A DNA stretch of 64,000 bases from an uncultured Deinococcales bacterium (GCA_964247135.1 CAXTTL010000002.1:7693-71692); one strand, 5' to 3'; shown: positions 24,504 through 33,928, numbered from the stretch's first letter. The notes: generated by a model from the letters alone, not told the origin. Numbers and translations: made by a program.

Positions 24504-25913
24504 TTAAGGGACAACCGCTTTTAAAAAATTGAGAATGTCCAATCTTCCATCGCCAAGCATCAGCACGGAAGTGGTGGGCGAATCAATTTTGTATGCCGCA
24601 TTTTGGTTGGATTTGTAAATGTTAACCGTTGTGCCTTTGAGTATTTTGGTCAGGTCAATCGAATTGGCTTTCAGGCTTTGCCCCAATGCCAGAGCCAAAC
24701 TGGCGGACACCATCGGCGCGGACATGGACGTGCCAGACCAAGCGCCCAGCCTGTTGCCAGGCACAGGACCAAAGACTTCCTCACCTGGGGCGGACACCTC
24801 GAGCGTCGCGCCAAAGTTTGAAAATACTGACTTGTTGTCGTTTGCATCCACACTGCCCACACTCAGGCTGAACTGACCACCAAGGGTGGTGTCGAGGTTG
24901 GCTTGGTTGGCAGGAAACGTCACGTTTTGGTTGTTGGTGTTGCCGCTCGAGGAAATCACAAAAATCCCCCGCAAAGTCGCGGCATCAATCGCATCGTTGA
25001 CAGCCTGCGAATTCGTGTCACTGCCCAAACTGAGGTTGATGATGTTTGCCCCCGCCTGCATGGCGCGGTTGATGGCTGCCGCCACATTTAACACATCGCC
25101 GCTGCCATCTGGACCCAGCACCCGCAGGGGCAAGATTTTGGCTTTTGGCGCAATTTGCAAAATAATACCCGCCACGCTTGTTCCGTGACCAAACGCCGCA
25201 TCCGCTCCAAGAATACCCTCTTCTTGTGGCACGGCATCGTTGTCAACGTAATCCCACATTTCCGAAGCTGGGGCAAGTGAACCCGAGAAGGCTGGATGTT
25301 GCAAATCAATACCACTGTCAATCACAGCCACTTCGATGCCAGCACCAAGATTGCTCGCCAAGGTCTGTGCCTGTTGTAAATTTAATTTTTGCCATTTTGT
25401 GGTGTTTTGTGGAACCAATGAGAAATTCCCACCTGCCCAAGCGGCGATACTGCCCCCAGCCCATGCCGCGATGCTCCCCCCAGCCCAAGCCGCAATGCTA
25501 CCGCTCATCGTTGCCAGTTGCCCAGCGCCTAAAAAGACTTTTTTGTTCGACTCGAGCGTTGCCTCGCCTGCCCCACCCGAAGCCGCGAGTTGATCGCCAG
25601 TGGCTTTGTCGAGTGCCAAGATCGCAAATTTTTCGTCGGGTCGCCAGACCACAACCTTGCCGCCGTATGTGGTCTCGGTCTGGACGATGGTGTCTTTTTT
25701 ATCGATTTTGACGGTCAAACTGTAATGGCTGTCCGTGGCAGGCACCACCACTGGCGGCGAAACGGGTTCGGTTGGCGGTGGTGTGGTCACTGGGGGCGTG
25801 ACGGGCGGTGTAACAGCAGGTTGGATCGCAACCTCATTGCAAGCCACCATGCAAAGCAAACCCAGCGCAAACAGGGCGGTTTTGAGTTGTGATGGTGGCA
25901 ATTTAAAGTTCAT
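24504..25913 (-). CDS. S8 family (subtilisin-like) serine peptidase, lipoprotein
   Basis: Catalytic triad motifs VAVIDSGID, HGTSVAGII and GTSMSAPMVSA. Lipobox LGLLCMVACN. A Pro/Thr-rich linker and a GSIAAWAG x3 repeat in the pro-region. Confidence 0.9.
   Translation of the reverse strand: MNFKLPPSQLKTALFALGLLCMVACNEVAIQPAVTPPVTPPVTTPPPTEPVSPPVVVPATDSHYSLTVKIDKKDTIVQTETTYGGKVVVWRPDEKFAILALDKATGDQLAASGGAGEATLESNKKVFLGAGQLATMSGSIAAWAGGSIAAWAGGSIAAWAGGNFSLVPQNTTKWQKLNLQQAQTLASNLGAGIEVAVIDSGIDLQHPAFSGSLAPASEMWDYVDNDAVPQEEGILGADAAFGHGTSVAGIILQIAPKAKILPLRVLGPDGSGDVLNVAAAINRAMQAGANIINLSLGSDTNSQAVNDAIDAATLRGIFVISSSGNTNNQNVTFPANQANLDTTLGGQFSLSVGSVDANDNKSVFSNFGATLEVSAPGEEVFGPVPGNRLGAWSGTSMSAPMVSASLALALGQSLKANSIDLTKILKGTTVNIYKSNQNAAYKIDSPTTSVLMLGDGRLDILNFLKAVVP
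25430..25503 (-). repeat. 24-bp x3 in-frame tandem repeat (GSIAAWAG)x3
   Basis: GCCCAAGCGGCGATACTG.., GCCCATGCCGCGATGCTC.. and GCCCAAGCCGCAATGCTA.. start at 25435, 25459 and 25483. The copies differ only at synonymous positions. Confidence 0.85.
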
Positions 25914-25959
25914 GTCCCAATGATCTTAGAACAAGTTTTGATTCTTGAACACCGACTTT

Positions 25960-25999
25960 GGTCGGAAAACAAAAGCTCGAGCCTGGATGCTCGAGCTTT
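25960..25999 (-). terminator. Rho-independent terminator with CTCGAG in both arms
   Basis: AAAGCTCGAGC (25972-82), 6-nt loop, GCTCGAGCTTT (25989-99). The minus strand continues TTTTGTTTTCC. It lies 18 nt after the aldehyde dehydrogenase stop. Confidence 0.75.
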
Positions 26000-26016
26000 A
26001 AAGGTTTTTGAAGGCT

Positions 26017-27522
26017 TTACTGATCGCCAAAAATCGTGAAATGCCAACCTTTTCGCGCATCGCCCGAAGTGTCGAACATGATGTGCTTGGGAATGGTGTA
26101 CTCCTCGAGCGCGTAATGGCTTAAATCCTTGCCCACACCCGAATCTTTCATGCCGCCCGTCGGCATTTCGGAGGTCAATGGCAGGTGGTCATTCACCCAG
26201 ACCGTGCCAAACTCGAGCGCACTCGAGACTCGGAAGGCACGTTGAATGTCTTTGGTCCAGACGCTGGCTGCCAGTCCGTAAATCGTGTCGTTCGCCAGTT
26301 CTATCGCCTCGGCTTCGTCTTTAAAACTGTTCACCACCACCACGGGTCCAAAAATTTCTTCTTGCACCACGCTCGAGTCTTGCGGGGCGTTCACCAGAAT
26401 CGTTGGCGGGTAGTAAAACCCAGGTCCTTTGGGCAGTTCGCCGCCGAGTTCAACCTTGATTTTTTGTTTTTTGGCTGTCAGCACCATGCCGTGGACTTTC
26501 TCGAGGTGAACCTGGCTGGTCAGCGGTCCCATGTCGGTGCTTTCAGACTCGAGTTTCCCCATTCGGATGCTGCTGGTCACGGCTTTAAAGCGTTTTAAGA
26601 ACTTGTCAAAACTTTTTTGTTGCACATAAATTCTTGCCGCCTGCGTACAGTCTTGACCCGCGTTGACGAACGCGCCCGCCACCGCGCCCTGCACCGCCGC
26701 CTCGAGGTCGGCATCGTCGAAAACAATAAACGGCGCTTTGCCCCCAAGCTCGAGCGTCACGCGTTTTGTGCCGAGTCCCGCCAGTTCGCCGATGCGTCTG
26801 CCCGTGCGGGTGCTGCCCGTGAACGTCACCATGCGCACGTTTTTGTGTGTGACCATCGCCTCGCCAACTTCGGCGCCGCCCGTCAGCACATTGATCAAAC
26901 CTGCTGGCAAGCCTGCCTCGAGTGCAATTCTTGCCATTTCGATGGTACTGCATGGCGTGTTTGGCGCGGGTTTGATGACCACCGCATTGCCCGCCGCCAG
27001 CGCAGGACCCAACTTCCAAGCCGCCATCATGAACGGATAATTCCAAGGCGTGATCGCCGCGACCACACCCACCGGCACGCGTTCGATCATGCTCGAGTAA
27101 CCGCCCATGTACGACCCCGCGCCCACGCCCTCAATGCGCCGCAGCACGCCCGCAAAATACCGAATGTTATCAATCGCCACGGGAATGTCGCTGTACTTTG
27201 CCAGTTTGATCGGTTTACCCGCATTTTCACTCTCGAGCTTCGCCAGTTGTTCGCTGTGCTGCTCGAGTGCATCGGCAAATTTCAATAAGGCGTTGCTGCG
27301 CTCGCTCAGGGAGAGCGCAGCCCAAATTTTCTGGGCTTTGCTGGCTGCCTTGACCGCTTCTTGCACGTCTTTGACCGTGGCAACTGCAACGGTGGCGAAG
27401 ACTTCACCCGTGGCTGGCGCGATCAAATCTTGAGTACCATGCGTGACTTCTTTTCCGTCAATGATGAGCGGAAAGTGCCTGAGACTCGAGTTTTTTGCGG
27501 TTTTCTTGGCTACTTTGGTCAT
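26017..27522 (-). CDS. NAD-dependent aldehyde dehydrogenase, gamma-aminobutyraldehyde (PatD/ABALDH)-like
   Basis: Start at the ATG at 27522 (AAGGAG SD), rather than 27579. ITPWNYPFMMAAWKLGPALAAGN, LELGGKAP, AGQDCTQAARIY and SEMPTGGMKDSGVGKD closely follow the E. coli PatD pattern as I recall it. Confidence 0.88.
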   Translation of the reverse strand: MTKVAKKTAKNSSLRHFPLIIDGKEVTHGTQDLIAPATGEVFATVAVATVKDVQEAVKAASKAQKIWAALSLSERSNALLKFADALEQHSEQLAKLESENAGKPIKLAKYSDIPVAIDNIRYFAGVLRRIEGVGAGSYMGGYSSMIERVPVGVVAAITPWNYPFMMAAWKLGPALAAGNAVVIKPAPNTPCSTIEMARIALEAGLPAGLINVLTGGAEVGEAMVTHKNVRMVTFTGSTRTGRRIGELAGLGTKRVTLELGGKAPFIVFDDADLEAAVQGAVAGAFVNAGQDCTQAARIYVQQKSFDKFLKRFKAVTSSIRMGKLESESTDMGPLTSQVHLEKVHGMVLTAKKQKIKVELGGELPKGPGFYYPPTILVNAPQDSSVVQEEIFGPVVVVNSFKDEAEAIELANDTIYGLAASVWTKDIQRAFRVSSALEFGTVWVNDHLPLTSEMPTGGMKDSGVGKDLSHYALEEYTIPKHIMFDTSGDARKGWHFTIFGDQ

Positions 27523-27579
27523 GAACAAACTCCTTTCGTGGAAACTCGAGCTGCTAAGTTTCTCTGCTCTCATCCCCAA

Positions 27580-27605
27580 CCCTTCTCTCGATATCCAGAG
27601 AAGGG
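27580..27605. other. Perfect 9-bp stem hairpin in the gabT / aldehyde-DH intergenic spacer
   Basis: CCCTTCTCT (27580-88), 8-nt loop CGATATCC, AGAGAAGGG (27597-605). No T-run follows on the transcribed (minus) strand. Confidence 0.6.
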
Positions 27606-27695
27606 AGTCTAATGCCGATCATTAATGAATTAAATTGGGTTTTAACAGTTCAACATGCTTTGATTCATCGGTGTCTATCAAGTGTTTTCGGTTTT

Positions 27696-27719
27696 GTAGG
27701 GGCGCTACTTGCTGCGCCC
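27696..27719 (+). repeat. REP-like hairpin unit GTAGGGGCGC-loop-GCGCCC
   Basis: GTAGGGGCGCTACTTGCTGCGCCC. Near-identical to the copy at 33856 (GTAGGGGCGCTGCTTGCTGCGCC). Confidence 0.65.
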
Positions 27720-27744
27720 TGGGTTGCCCATGCGTTTTTCTAGG

Positions 27745-29061
27745 TTACTTTTTATAAACGCTCTGAAAGGCGTTACGTAAAATCTGAAACCCAACTTCGA
27801 GTTCGCTGTGACTTGCATTTAACGGCACGAGAATCCGAATCGCATTGCCGTGCATTCCCGCCTTAATAATAATCAATCCACCCTCGAGCGCGGCATTCAC
27901 GACTTTGGTTGCCCCGTCCGCATCTGGAATTTTCTTCTCGAGGTCCTTCACCAGCTCTATCGCCATCATCGCGCCCAGTCCGCGCACGTCACCAATCATT
28001 GGAAAATCGGCTTGCAAGGCTTTCAGTTCACGCTCGAGAAACTCGCCTTGGATCACGGCTTGCTCGAGGATTTTCTCTTCTTCAAAGACCTCGAGCACCG
28101 CCAGACCTGCGGCGCACGCCAGCGGGTTGCCCGCGTATGTGCCGCCCAAGCCGCCAGGATGCGGCGCGTCCATGATGTCGCTGCGTCCGGTGATGGCAGC
28201 CAGCGGCAAGCCTCCTGCCAGGCTTTTGGCAATCGTCACCAGGTCGGGAATGATGCCGCTGTGCTCGTAAGCCCACATTTTGCCCGTGCGTCCAAAACCG
28301 CATTGAATCTCGTCGGCGATAAAAACAATGCCGTGCTTATCGCAAATGTTGCGCAAACTGCGCATGAACGCCGCTGGCGCTGGATTAAAACCGCCCTCGC
28401 CTTGCACGGGTTCGATGATGATTGCCGCGACCTGTTCGGGCGCAACTTGGGTGTCGAACAAATGCTCGAGTCCTGCCAGTGCGTCTTTGGTCGTGATGCC
28501 CTGATACGGCATGGGAAACGGGGCTTTGTACACTTCTGGCGCGAAGGGTCCAAAGTTTTGCTTGTACGGTTTTTGCTTGCCAGTCAAACTCATGCCCATC
28601 AGTGTCCGTCCATGAAAGCTCGAGTCAAAACTGATGATGCCAGGACGGTTCGTGTAAGCCCTGGCGATCTTGATGGCGTTTTCGGTGGCTTCCGCGCCCG
28701 TGCTGACAAAAAACGTTTTGTTGGTCTGACCCGCCTTTTGCGGCACGAGCGCGTTCAATTTTTCTGCCAGTTTGATGTAGGATTCATACGCCACCACCTG
28801 AAAACACGTGTGCGTAAAATTCTCGAGTTGCGCCTTGACCGCCGCCTGAACTTTTGCGTGCGCGTGACCGACGTTCAAAACGCCAATGCCACCCGCGAAA
28901 TCAATAAATTCGCGCCCTTCGACATCCCAGAGTTTGGCACCCTCGGCTCGGGCGGCAAACAGCGGGGTTAAGGCGCTGACCCCACGCGGAATGTGTTGCG
29001 CTCGAGCGTCGAGCAGCGTTTGTGTTTTGGTTGTTGGTTTTTCTGGAGCGGTCATGGTCAT
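27745..29061 (-). CDS. gabT: 4-aminobutyrate--2-oxoglutarate transaminase
   Basis: Start at the ATG at 29061 (AAGGTGG SD 5 nt upstream). FIDFAGGIGVLNVGHAH, IIEPVQGEGGF, FIADEIQCGFGRTG, TIAKSLAGGLPL and GGLGGTYAGNPLAC are colinear with E. coli GabT. Confidence 0.9.
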   Translation of the reverse strand: MTMTAPEKPTTKTQTLLDARAQHIPRGVSALTPLFAARAEGAKLWDVEGREFIDFAGGIGVLNVGHAHAKVQAAVKAQLENFTHTCFQVVAYESYIKLAEKLNALVPQKAGQTNKTFFVSTGAEATENAIKIARAYTNRPGIISFDSSFHGRTLMGMSLTGKQKPYKQNFGPFAPEVYKAPFPMPYQGITTKDALAGLEHLFDTQVAPEQVAAIIIEPVQGEGGFNPAPAAFMRSLRNICDKHGIVFIADEIQCGFGRTGKMWAYEHSGIIPDLVTIAKSLAGGLPLAAITGRSDIMDAPHPGGLGGTYAGNPLACAAGLAVLEVFEEEKILEQAVIQGEFLERELKALQADFPMIGDVRGLGAMMAIELVKDLEKKIPDADGATKVVNAALEGGLIIIKAGMHGNAIRILVPLNASHSELEVGFQILRNAFQSVYKK

Positions 29062-29126
29062 GATTACCACCTTTCAAGTGCTGGTGTATCAGAATAGCGC
29101 TCGAAGCATGAAGCTCACAAGTACAA

Positions 29127-29157
29127 GAAAACAGCCTCCCAAAACTCGAGAGGCTGC
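29127..29157 (-). terminator. Rho-independent terminator after the lipoprotein gene
   Basis: The minus strand reads CAGCCTC-TCGAGTTTTGG-GAGGCTG followed by TTTTCTTG. The stems are at 29132-38 and 29150-56. Confidence 0.65.
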
Positions 29158-29174
29158 CAGGGCGCAATTTGGCT

Positions 29175-30164
29175 TTACTTGACGTTGGTTTCCCAAGTCC
29201 AAGCGGCGGTGCAAGAAACCGAAGTCGTGCGGACATAACCGCCCGCATCGTCGGAGAATTGTACGTTGCCACCGTCAATTTTTTCGTCCTGACCCGAACA
29301 GGCGACATCGTTGCGATGCACATTGACCGCCAACTTAAAGGTTTTATTGGCTTGAAATCTTTTGCCTGTGTTGTCCGTCAGGTTGTATGCAAAGGTAAAG
29401 CTCGAGCTGGATTCGACGGTGCCCTGACCGTTAAATGGTTTCAAATTGTCGTTTGGCGTGTATTTCAGGCTCGAGCTGAAACCCACCGTGAGGAATTCGG
29501 GTTTGGTATCGTCGGGTTTGAGGGTGATCGAAAAACCTTCAGAAGCTGCATATGGTGGTGTATCTGATTTTAGATTGAGGTCAAGGTCCAAAATAATCGA
29601 AGTTTTGAAAGTTGTGCTTTGCGGGTTGACATCCAAAGCTTTTAATTTTTTGATATGCACTTCGTAAGGACCATCGCCGTTGGAATTGTCTTTAACCGTG
29701 ATCGTTCCTGTGGTCTGAACACCACCCGATAAACAGTCATAAGCGTAATTGACAATCGAATCAGGAATGCCATCTGCATCGGCGTCGGCTTGGTTCGCAT
29801 CTTGCCCACAACTCGAGCCGGTACCCGTCGCTTGCGTGGTCTGAACCCGACCAGATTTCAAGTTTTGCAAGCTTGCACTCAAACTTGAGGTCAGCAAGTT
29901 TGAGGCATTGGTTTTGGCGAGGATGCTGGCAACGTCTGGGGCGAACGCTCGAGCGAAAACGGTGGGGAGTTTTGTGAGCGGCTCGAGGTTGATTGGAGAG
30001 GAATTTACACCAACACCGACACCACCAATTCTTTGGATGCTTGCATCAACCACACTCGGCGCAACGCTGGTGAGCGCGTTGGTATCGTCAGTGGTTAATT
30101 TTTGCCCGCAAGAAACCAGCAATCCCAAAACTGAAATACTCAAAATAAATCCACTTAATTTCAT
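29175..30164 (-). CDS. Lipoprotein, function unknown
   Basis: GGGAGG SD. Lipobox LGLLVSCGQ. 329 aa. An Asp-rich DADADGIPD calcium-binding-like motif. No recognised family. Confidence 0.75.
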   Translation of the reverse strand: MKLSGFILSISVLGLLVSCGQKLTTDDTNALTSVAPSVVDASIQRIGGVGVGVNSSPINLEPLTKLPTVFARAFAPDVASILAKTNASNLLTSSLSASLQNLKSGRVQTTQATGTGSSCGQDANQADADADGIPDSIVNYAYDCLSGGVQTTGTITVKDNSNGDGPYEVHIKKLKALDVNPQSTTFKTSIILDLDLNLKSDTPPYAASEGFSITLKPDDTKPEFLTVGFSSSLKYTPNDNLKPFNGQGTVESSSSFTFAYNLTDNTGKRFQANKTFKLAVNVHRNDVACSGQDEKIDGGNVQFSDDAGGYVRTTSVSCTAAWTWETNVK

Positions 30165-30259
30165 GAGTTTGAACCTCCCGATAACGACACGCTCAACAGT
30201 TTAGCAAGGTCATTCAAAAAACATCGTTCTGGGAGTCAAGACAATGTCCAGAAAAGGAT

Positions 30260-33200
30260 TTAGTCCTGTTCAATCAATGACAGGGCAACATCTCGAGCCA
30301 GAATGCCAATTGCCGAAGCTTGGTGCTGTTTGACTAAAATTGACAGTTGCTCGCGTCTTTGTTGGTCCCAATTACCTTCAAAGACCAAGGCTGCAAAATC
30401 CTTGTACTCGGTTGCCAATTCGGAAGTGAGTATCACGTCATAATTGCTTGGTGGTTGTAAAACAAACTCGAGCATTTCAGGGGTATGTTTACCCAATCGC
30501 CAAGCGGCATGAAGATGGGAGAGTGCCCAAAACCAATCGTTTTTTGGTGTTTGTGTCAACTTAAAAGCTTTTTCGTAATCGCCAAATGAAAGTGCGTACT
30601 GAACTTGAAGTAAATTTTCCAAATCCTCACCAATAGAAATATCAATCAGTGGTAACTGTGCCACAAAACCATCGCCGAGTTCAAGCGTAATACGTGTAAT
30701 CCATCCTTGCGCAAGCGACTCGAGTTGATGGTCATGAATTTGCTCGAGTTGTGTTCTGGCTTGCTCAAGTTGACCGAGAGCATACTCGCAAATCGCAGCA
30801 TTGAAAACGGCGTATGATTGATAATTGATTAATCCACTGCGTTTTATGAATGCAAGTGAACGATCAAGACGTAATTTTGCAGTTATGAAATTGCCATTAT
30901 TCATTTCGAGCAAGGCAATATTGATTCCAATAATAATTTCTATTCTAACATCACCGATTTTTTCGGCAAAAGCCACAGCCTTTTCCCAAGCAGAGGCTGT
31001 TTCGGGAATACGGTGTTGTCCATGAAACGTAAGACCTAGATCATTCCAGACGCTGGCGAGCAAATGACTATTTTGTGATTGTTCAGCAAGCTGAATCGCC
31101 AACTTCAGCAAATATTCCGAACGTTGCAAACGCCCTTGTTCACGTTCAAGTCCTGCCAACCCTGAAATCGCCAATGCCTGCCCAACAAAATCTTTTGCTT
31201 GCTTGGAAGCCCTGAGCGCCTCGAGTCCAGCATGTTTTGCCAACCTCACATCCTGCCGCTCTCGCAAAATCGCGCTTTGCTCGAGACACAATGGGGCATA
31301 GGCGGGTTCTTCGCGTTTGGGTTCGCCCACCAGTCGCAGTGCCTCATCCAAAGAGCCGCGCAAGCGCAAGGCTTTGGCGACGCTGACCCGAGCGTTCAGT
31401 GAGGCTTCCAATCCTCCCTCGAGCAATTCGGCGCTGTCCATCACGGTTTTCCACAAGGTTATGGCTTCAAGGTTGCGTCCCATGAACGATAAAACTTCTG
31501 CCAGTTGATGCCGCACTTTCATGGTTTCCAGGCGCTCACCCTCGAGTTTTTCGCTGGCAGTTAACGCCATGCGGTAGGCGCGTTCGGCTTGCGGGTAGGC
31601 GAACGCATGTTGCGCTGCCAAACCTGCTTCCAAACCTTTTTGCAGGGTTTGTTCAAACATGCCAGCCTCGAGGTAATGTTCGGTCAACTCGAGCGGTGCG
31701 GCGCGGGTTTCGAGCAGTGCGGCGGCTTTGGCGTGCAGGCGACGGCGTTTGAGGCTCATCAAGCCAAGCGCCAGCAGTTCGGCGTAACTGGGGTGCGTGA
31801 ACCTGAAACCCTCGCCGTTCGTGCCTGGGGTTTCGATCATCAGTTTGGCGCGTACCAGCGTCTCGAGCGCGTCGAGGGCGGCGTCATCTGACCAGTCCAG
31901 CAGCGCTCGGGCGTCTTCAAACAAAAACGCGCGACCCAAAACGCTGGCGGCTCGGGCAAACTCGAGGGCAGGTTGTGGCAGCGCGCTGATGCGGTGGCTG
32001 AGCAGGTCGTTTAAGGTTTCGGGCAAGCCGGTCAGGTTTCGATTCCATTCGTAGACGCCAGCACGCCTGTAGACCGCACCCGATTCGAGCATGGCTTTCA
32101 GGCGTTCCTCGAGCACCCAGGGGTTGCCGCCAGCGCGTGAGACGAGTTCAACTTCCAGTGCTGGGTCAAGTTCATCGTCCATTAGCGCCCGCAGCAACTC
32201 GAGCGTCAAGGGTTCGGACAGTGGCTCGAGGTGAACAATACGTTTTGGATTTAAGCCTTTGGGGTGCGTGGTGTTTTCGGGCAGGTCTTCGAGGCGGTAC
32301 GAGATCATCATTTTTGTATTCTCGAGGGCGCGAGTGCTGTGTGCCAGCAATTCAAGGGTGCTCGAGTCTGCCCAGTGCAGGTTTTCAAACGCCAGGATCG
32401 AGGTTTGAGAAATGTTCTCGAGCAATTCGGTGAAAGCTTCAAACAGTTTTAACCGCGCCACCTCGGGCGGCAAATTGCTGTCGCTGGCGGGCACAAAACC
32501 CAATTTGCTCGAGATGCGACCAAGTTCGCCTTTGGCGTTGTCAGACAGGTTCTCGAGCACCTCAGAATGGTGTTTTCCCAGGCTGGCGATCAACCTCGAG
32601 ATCGTGCCAAACGGTGTGGGGTCATCAACGATGGCTTCGGCAATCACCAAGCGTTTTCCGTTCCCTTGAAGCCTTTCGCCCAGAGCTTTGAGCAACCTGG
32701 TTTTGCCCACGCCAACATCGCCTGTCACGGCAATCAAACCCGTTTCAGACTCGAGGAAGGCATTTAAAACAGCCATTTCGGTGTCGCGTCCAACCAGTGG
32801 CGCAATCAAAATCGCGTCGGCTCGAGCAATTTCACTCGAGATTTCCACGGTGTTTTGAAGGTTTGCTTCCAGCGAGGCGAGCAAGGCTTCTTTGACGGCG
32901 AAGGCGCTCTGCGGACGGTCGAGCGGATTTTTTGCCAGCATCTGCAGCACCAGCGCGTTTAAGCTTTCGGGCACGTTCGGGTTGACATCTTTTGGGGCTG
33001 GGGGCGTGCCTTGAATGTGCTGCATGATGACCTGCACGATGCCCTCGCCCGTGAAGGGTGGTCGCCCCGTCAAGGCACTAAAGAGCACCGCTCCAAGGGC
33101 GTACAAATCGGCGCGGTAATCGAGTTGCTGCCCTCGGCATTGTTCGGGAGCCATGTACAAGACCGTGCCGACCACCGCGCCCTCCCTGGTCAGTGCCACG

Positions 33201-33667
33201 CTGCCCTCGAGCGTTTTTGCCAGTCCAAAATCCATCAGTTTGGCGTTGCCGCTTTCGGTGACACGAATGTTTTCGGGTTTTAAATCGCGGTGCACAATGC
33301 CTTGCGCATGAACCGCCGAGAGGGCGCTGGCAACGCCCGCAAAGACCTGAATCAGTTTCTCGAGTGGTGGATTGTCTTTGAGCCAATCGTTTAAGTCTGT
33401 GCCGCGCACGAATTCCATGATTAAAAAAGGAATCGCGTTTTCTTCGCCCAAACCCAGCACTTTCACCACGTTTTCGTGTTCGATCCGCTCGAGCGATTTG
33501 AACTCGCGCCGCAAACGCACGCCGCCCTGTAAAGCCACGGCTTCGTGCAGGCGTTTGACCGCCACAAACTGCCCTGTGTCTTTGTCCAGCGCCAGACTGA
33601 CACGACCCATTGCGCCAGAGCCTAGCTCTCGGACAAATTGGTAGCGTTGGCTCGAGGAGACGGACAT
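30260..33667 (-). CDS. Ser/Thr protein kinase fused to AAA/STAND-like P-loop NTPase and TPR array (PknK-like architecture)
   Basis: 1135 aa. Hanks kinase motifs (GSGAMGRV, VAVK, HRDLKPENI, DFGLA, APE). P-loop GDVGVGKTRLL. About 600 aa of TPR-like repeats at the C-terminus. Confidence 0.85.
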   Translation of the reverse strand: MSVSSSQRYQFVRELGSGAMGRVSLALDKDTGQFVAVKRLHEAVALQGGVRLRREFKSLERIEHENVVKVLGLGEENAIPFLIMEFVRGTDLNDWLKDNPPLEKLIQVFAGVASALSAVHAQGIVHRDLKPENIRVTESGNAKLMDFGLAKTLEGSVALTREGAVVGTVLYMAPEQCRGQQLDYRADLYALGAVLFSALTGRPPFTGEGIVQVIMQHIQGTPPAPKDVNPNVPESLNALVLQMLAKNPLDRPQSAFAVKEALLASLEANLQNTVEISSEIARADAILIAPLVGRDTEMAVLNAFLESETGLIAVTGDVGVGKTRLLKALGERLQGNGKRLVIAEAIVDDPTPFGTISRLIASLGKHHSEVLENLSDNAKGELGRISSKLGFVPASDSNLPPEVARLKLFEAFTELLENISQTSILAFENLHWADSSTLELLAHSTRALENTKMMISYRLEDLPENTTHPKGLNPKRIVHLEPLSEPLTLELLRALMDDELDPALEVELVSRAGGNPWVLEERLKAMLESGAVYRRAGVYEWNRNLTGLPETLNDLLSHRISALPQPALEFARAASVLGRAFLFEDARALLDWSDDAALDALETLVRAKLMIETPGTNGEGFRFTHPSYAELLALGLMSLKRRRLHAKAAALLETRAAPLELTEHYLEAGMFEQTLQKGLEAGLAAQHAFAYPQAERAYRMALTASEKLEGERLETMKVRHQLAEVLSFMGRNLEAITLWKTVMDSAELLEGGLEASLNARVSVAKALRLRGSLDEALRLVGEPKREEPAYAPLCLEQSAILRERQDVRLAKHAGLEALRASKQAKDFVGQALAISGLAGLEREQGRLQRSEYLLKLAIQLAEQSQNSHLLASVWNDLGLTFHGQHRIPETASAWEKAVAFAEKIGDVRIEIIIGINIALLEMNNGNFITAKLRLDRSLAFIKRSGLINYQSYAVFNAAICEYALGQLEQARTQLEQIHDHQLESLAQGWITRITLELGDGFVAQLPLIDISIGEDLENLLQVQYALSFGDYEKAFKLTQTPKNDWFWALSHLHAAWRLGKHTPEMLEFVLQPPSNYDVILTSELATEYKDFAALVFEGNWDQQRREQLSILVKQHQASAIGILARDVALSLIEQD

Positions 33668-33855
33668 GTGTTTTGTATTATGGCATTTTGCCTGAATGCA
33701 AACCGTTCTTTTGGTGGTATTTGTTGTGCTCGAGAAGAGGTTTGCGATTTGGTTTTTGTTTTATTCCCAATATCCAATTCGGTTGCTGGGGTTTTAATGC
33801 CCTGACTAAACAAAGGGCTTTGATTTTTAATGAATACGCCAAAAAAGTGAGTGTC

Positions 33856-33878
33856 GTAGGGGCGCTGCTTGCTGCGCC
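33856..33878 (+). repeat. REP-like hairpin unit GTAGGGGCGC-loop-GCGCC
   Basis: GTAGGGGCGCTGCTTGCTGCGCC, in the 490-bp divergent intergenic region. Confidence 0.65.
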
Positions 33879-33928
33879 TTTTGCTCTCCCGCGTTTTATG
33901 GTGATGAGAACGCGAGTTGTTCTAAATC

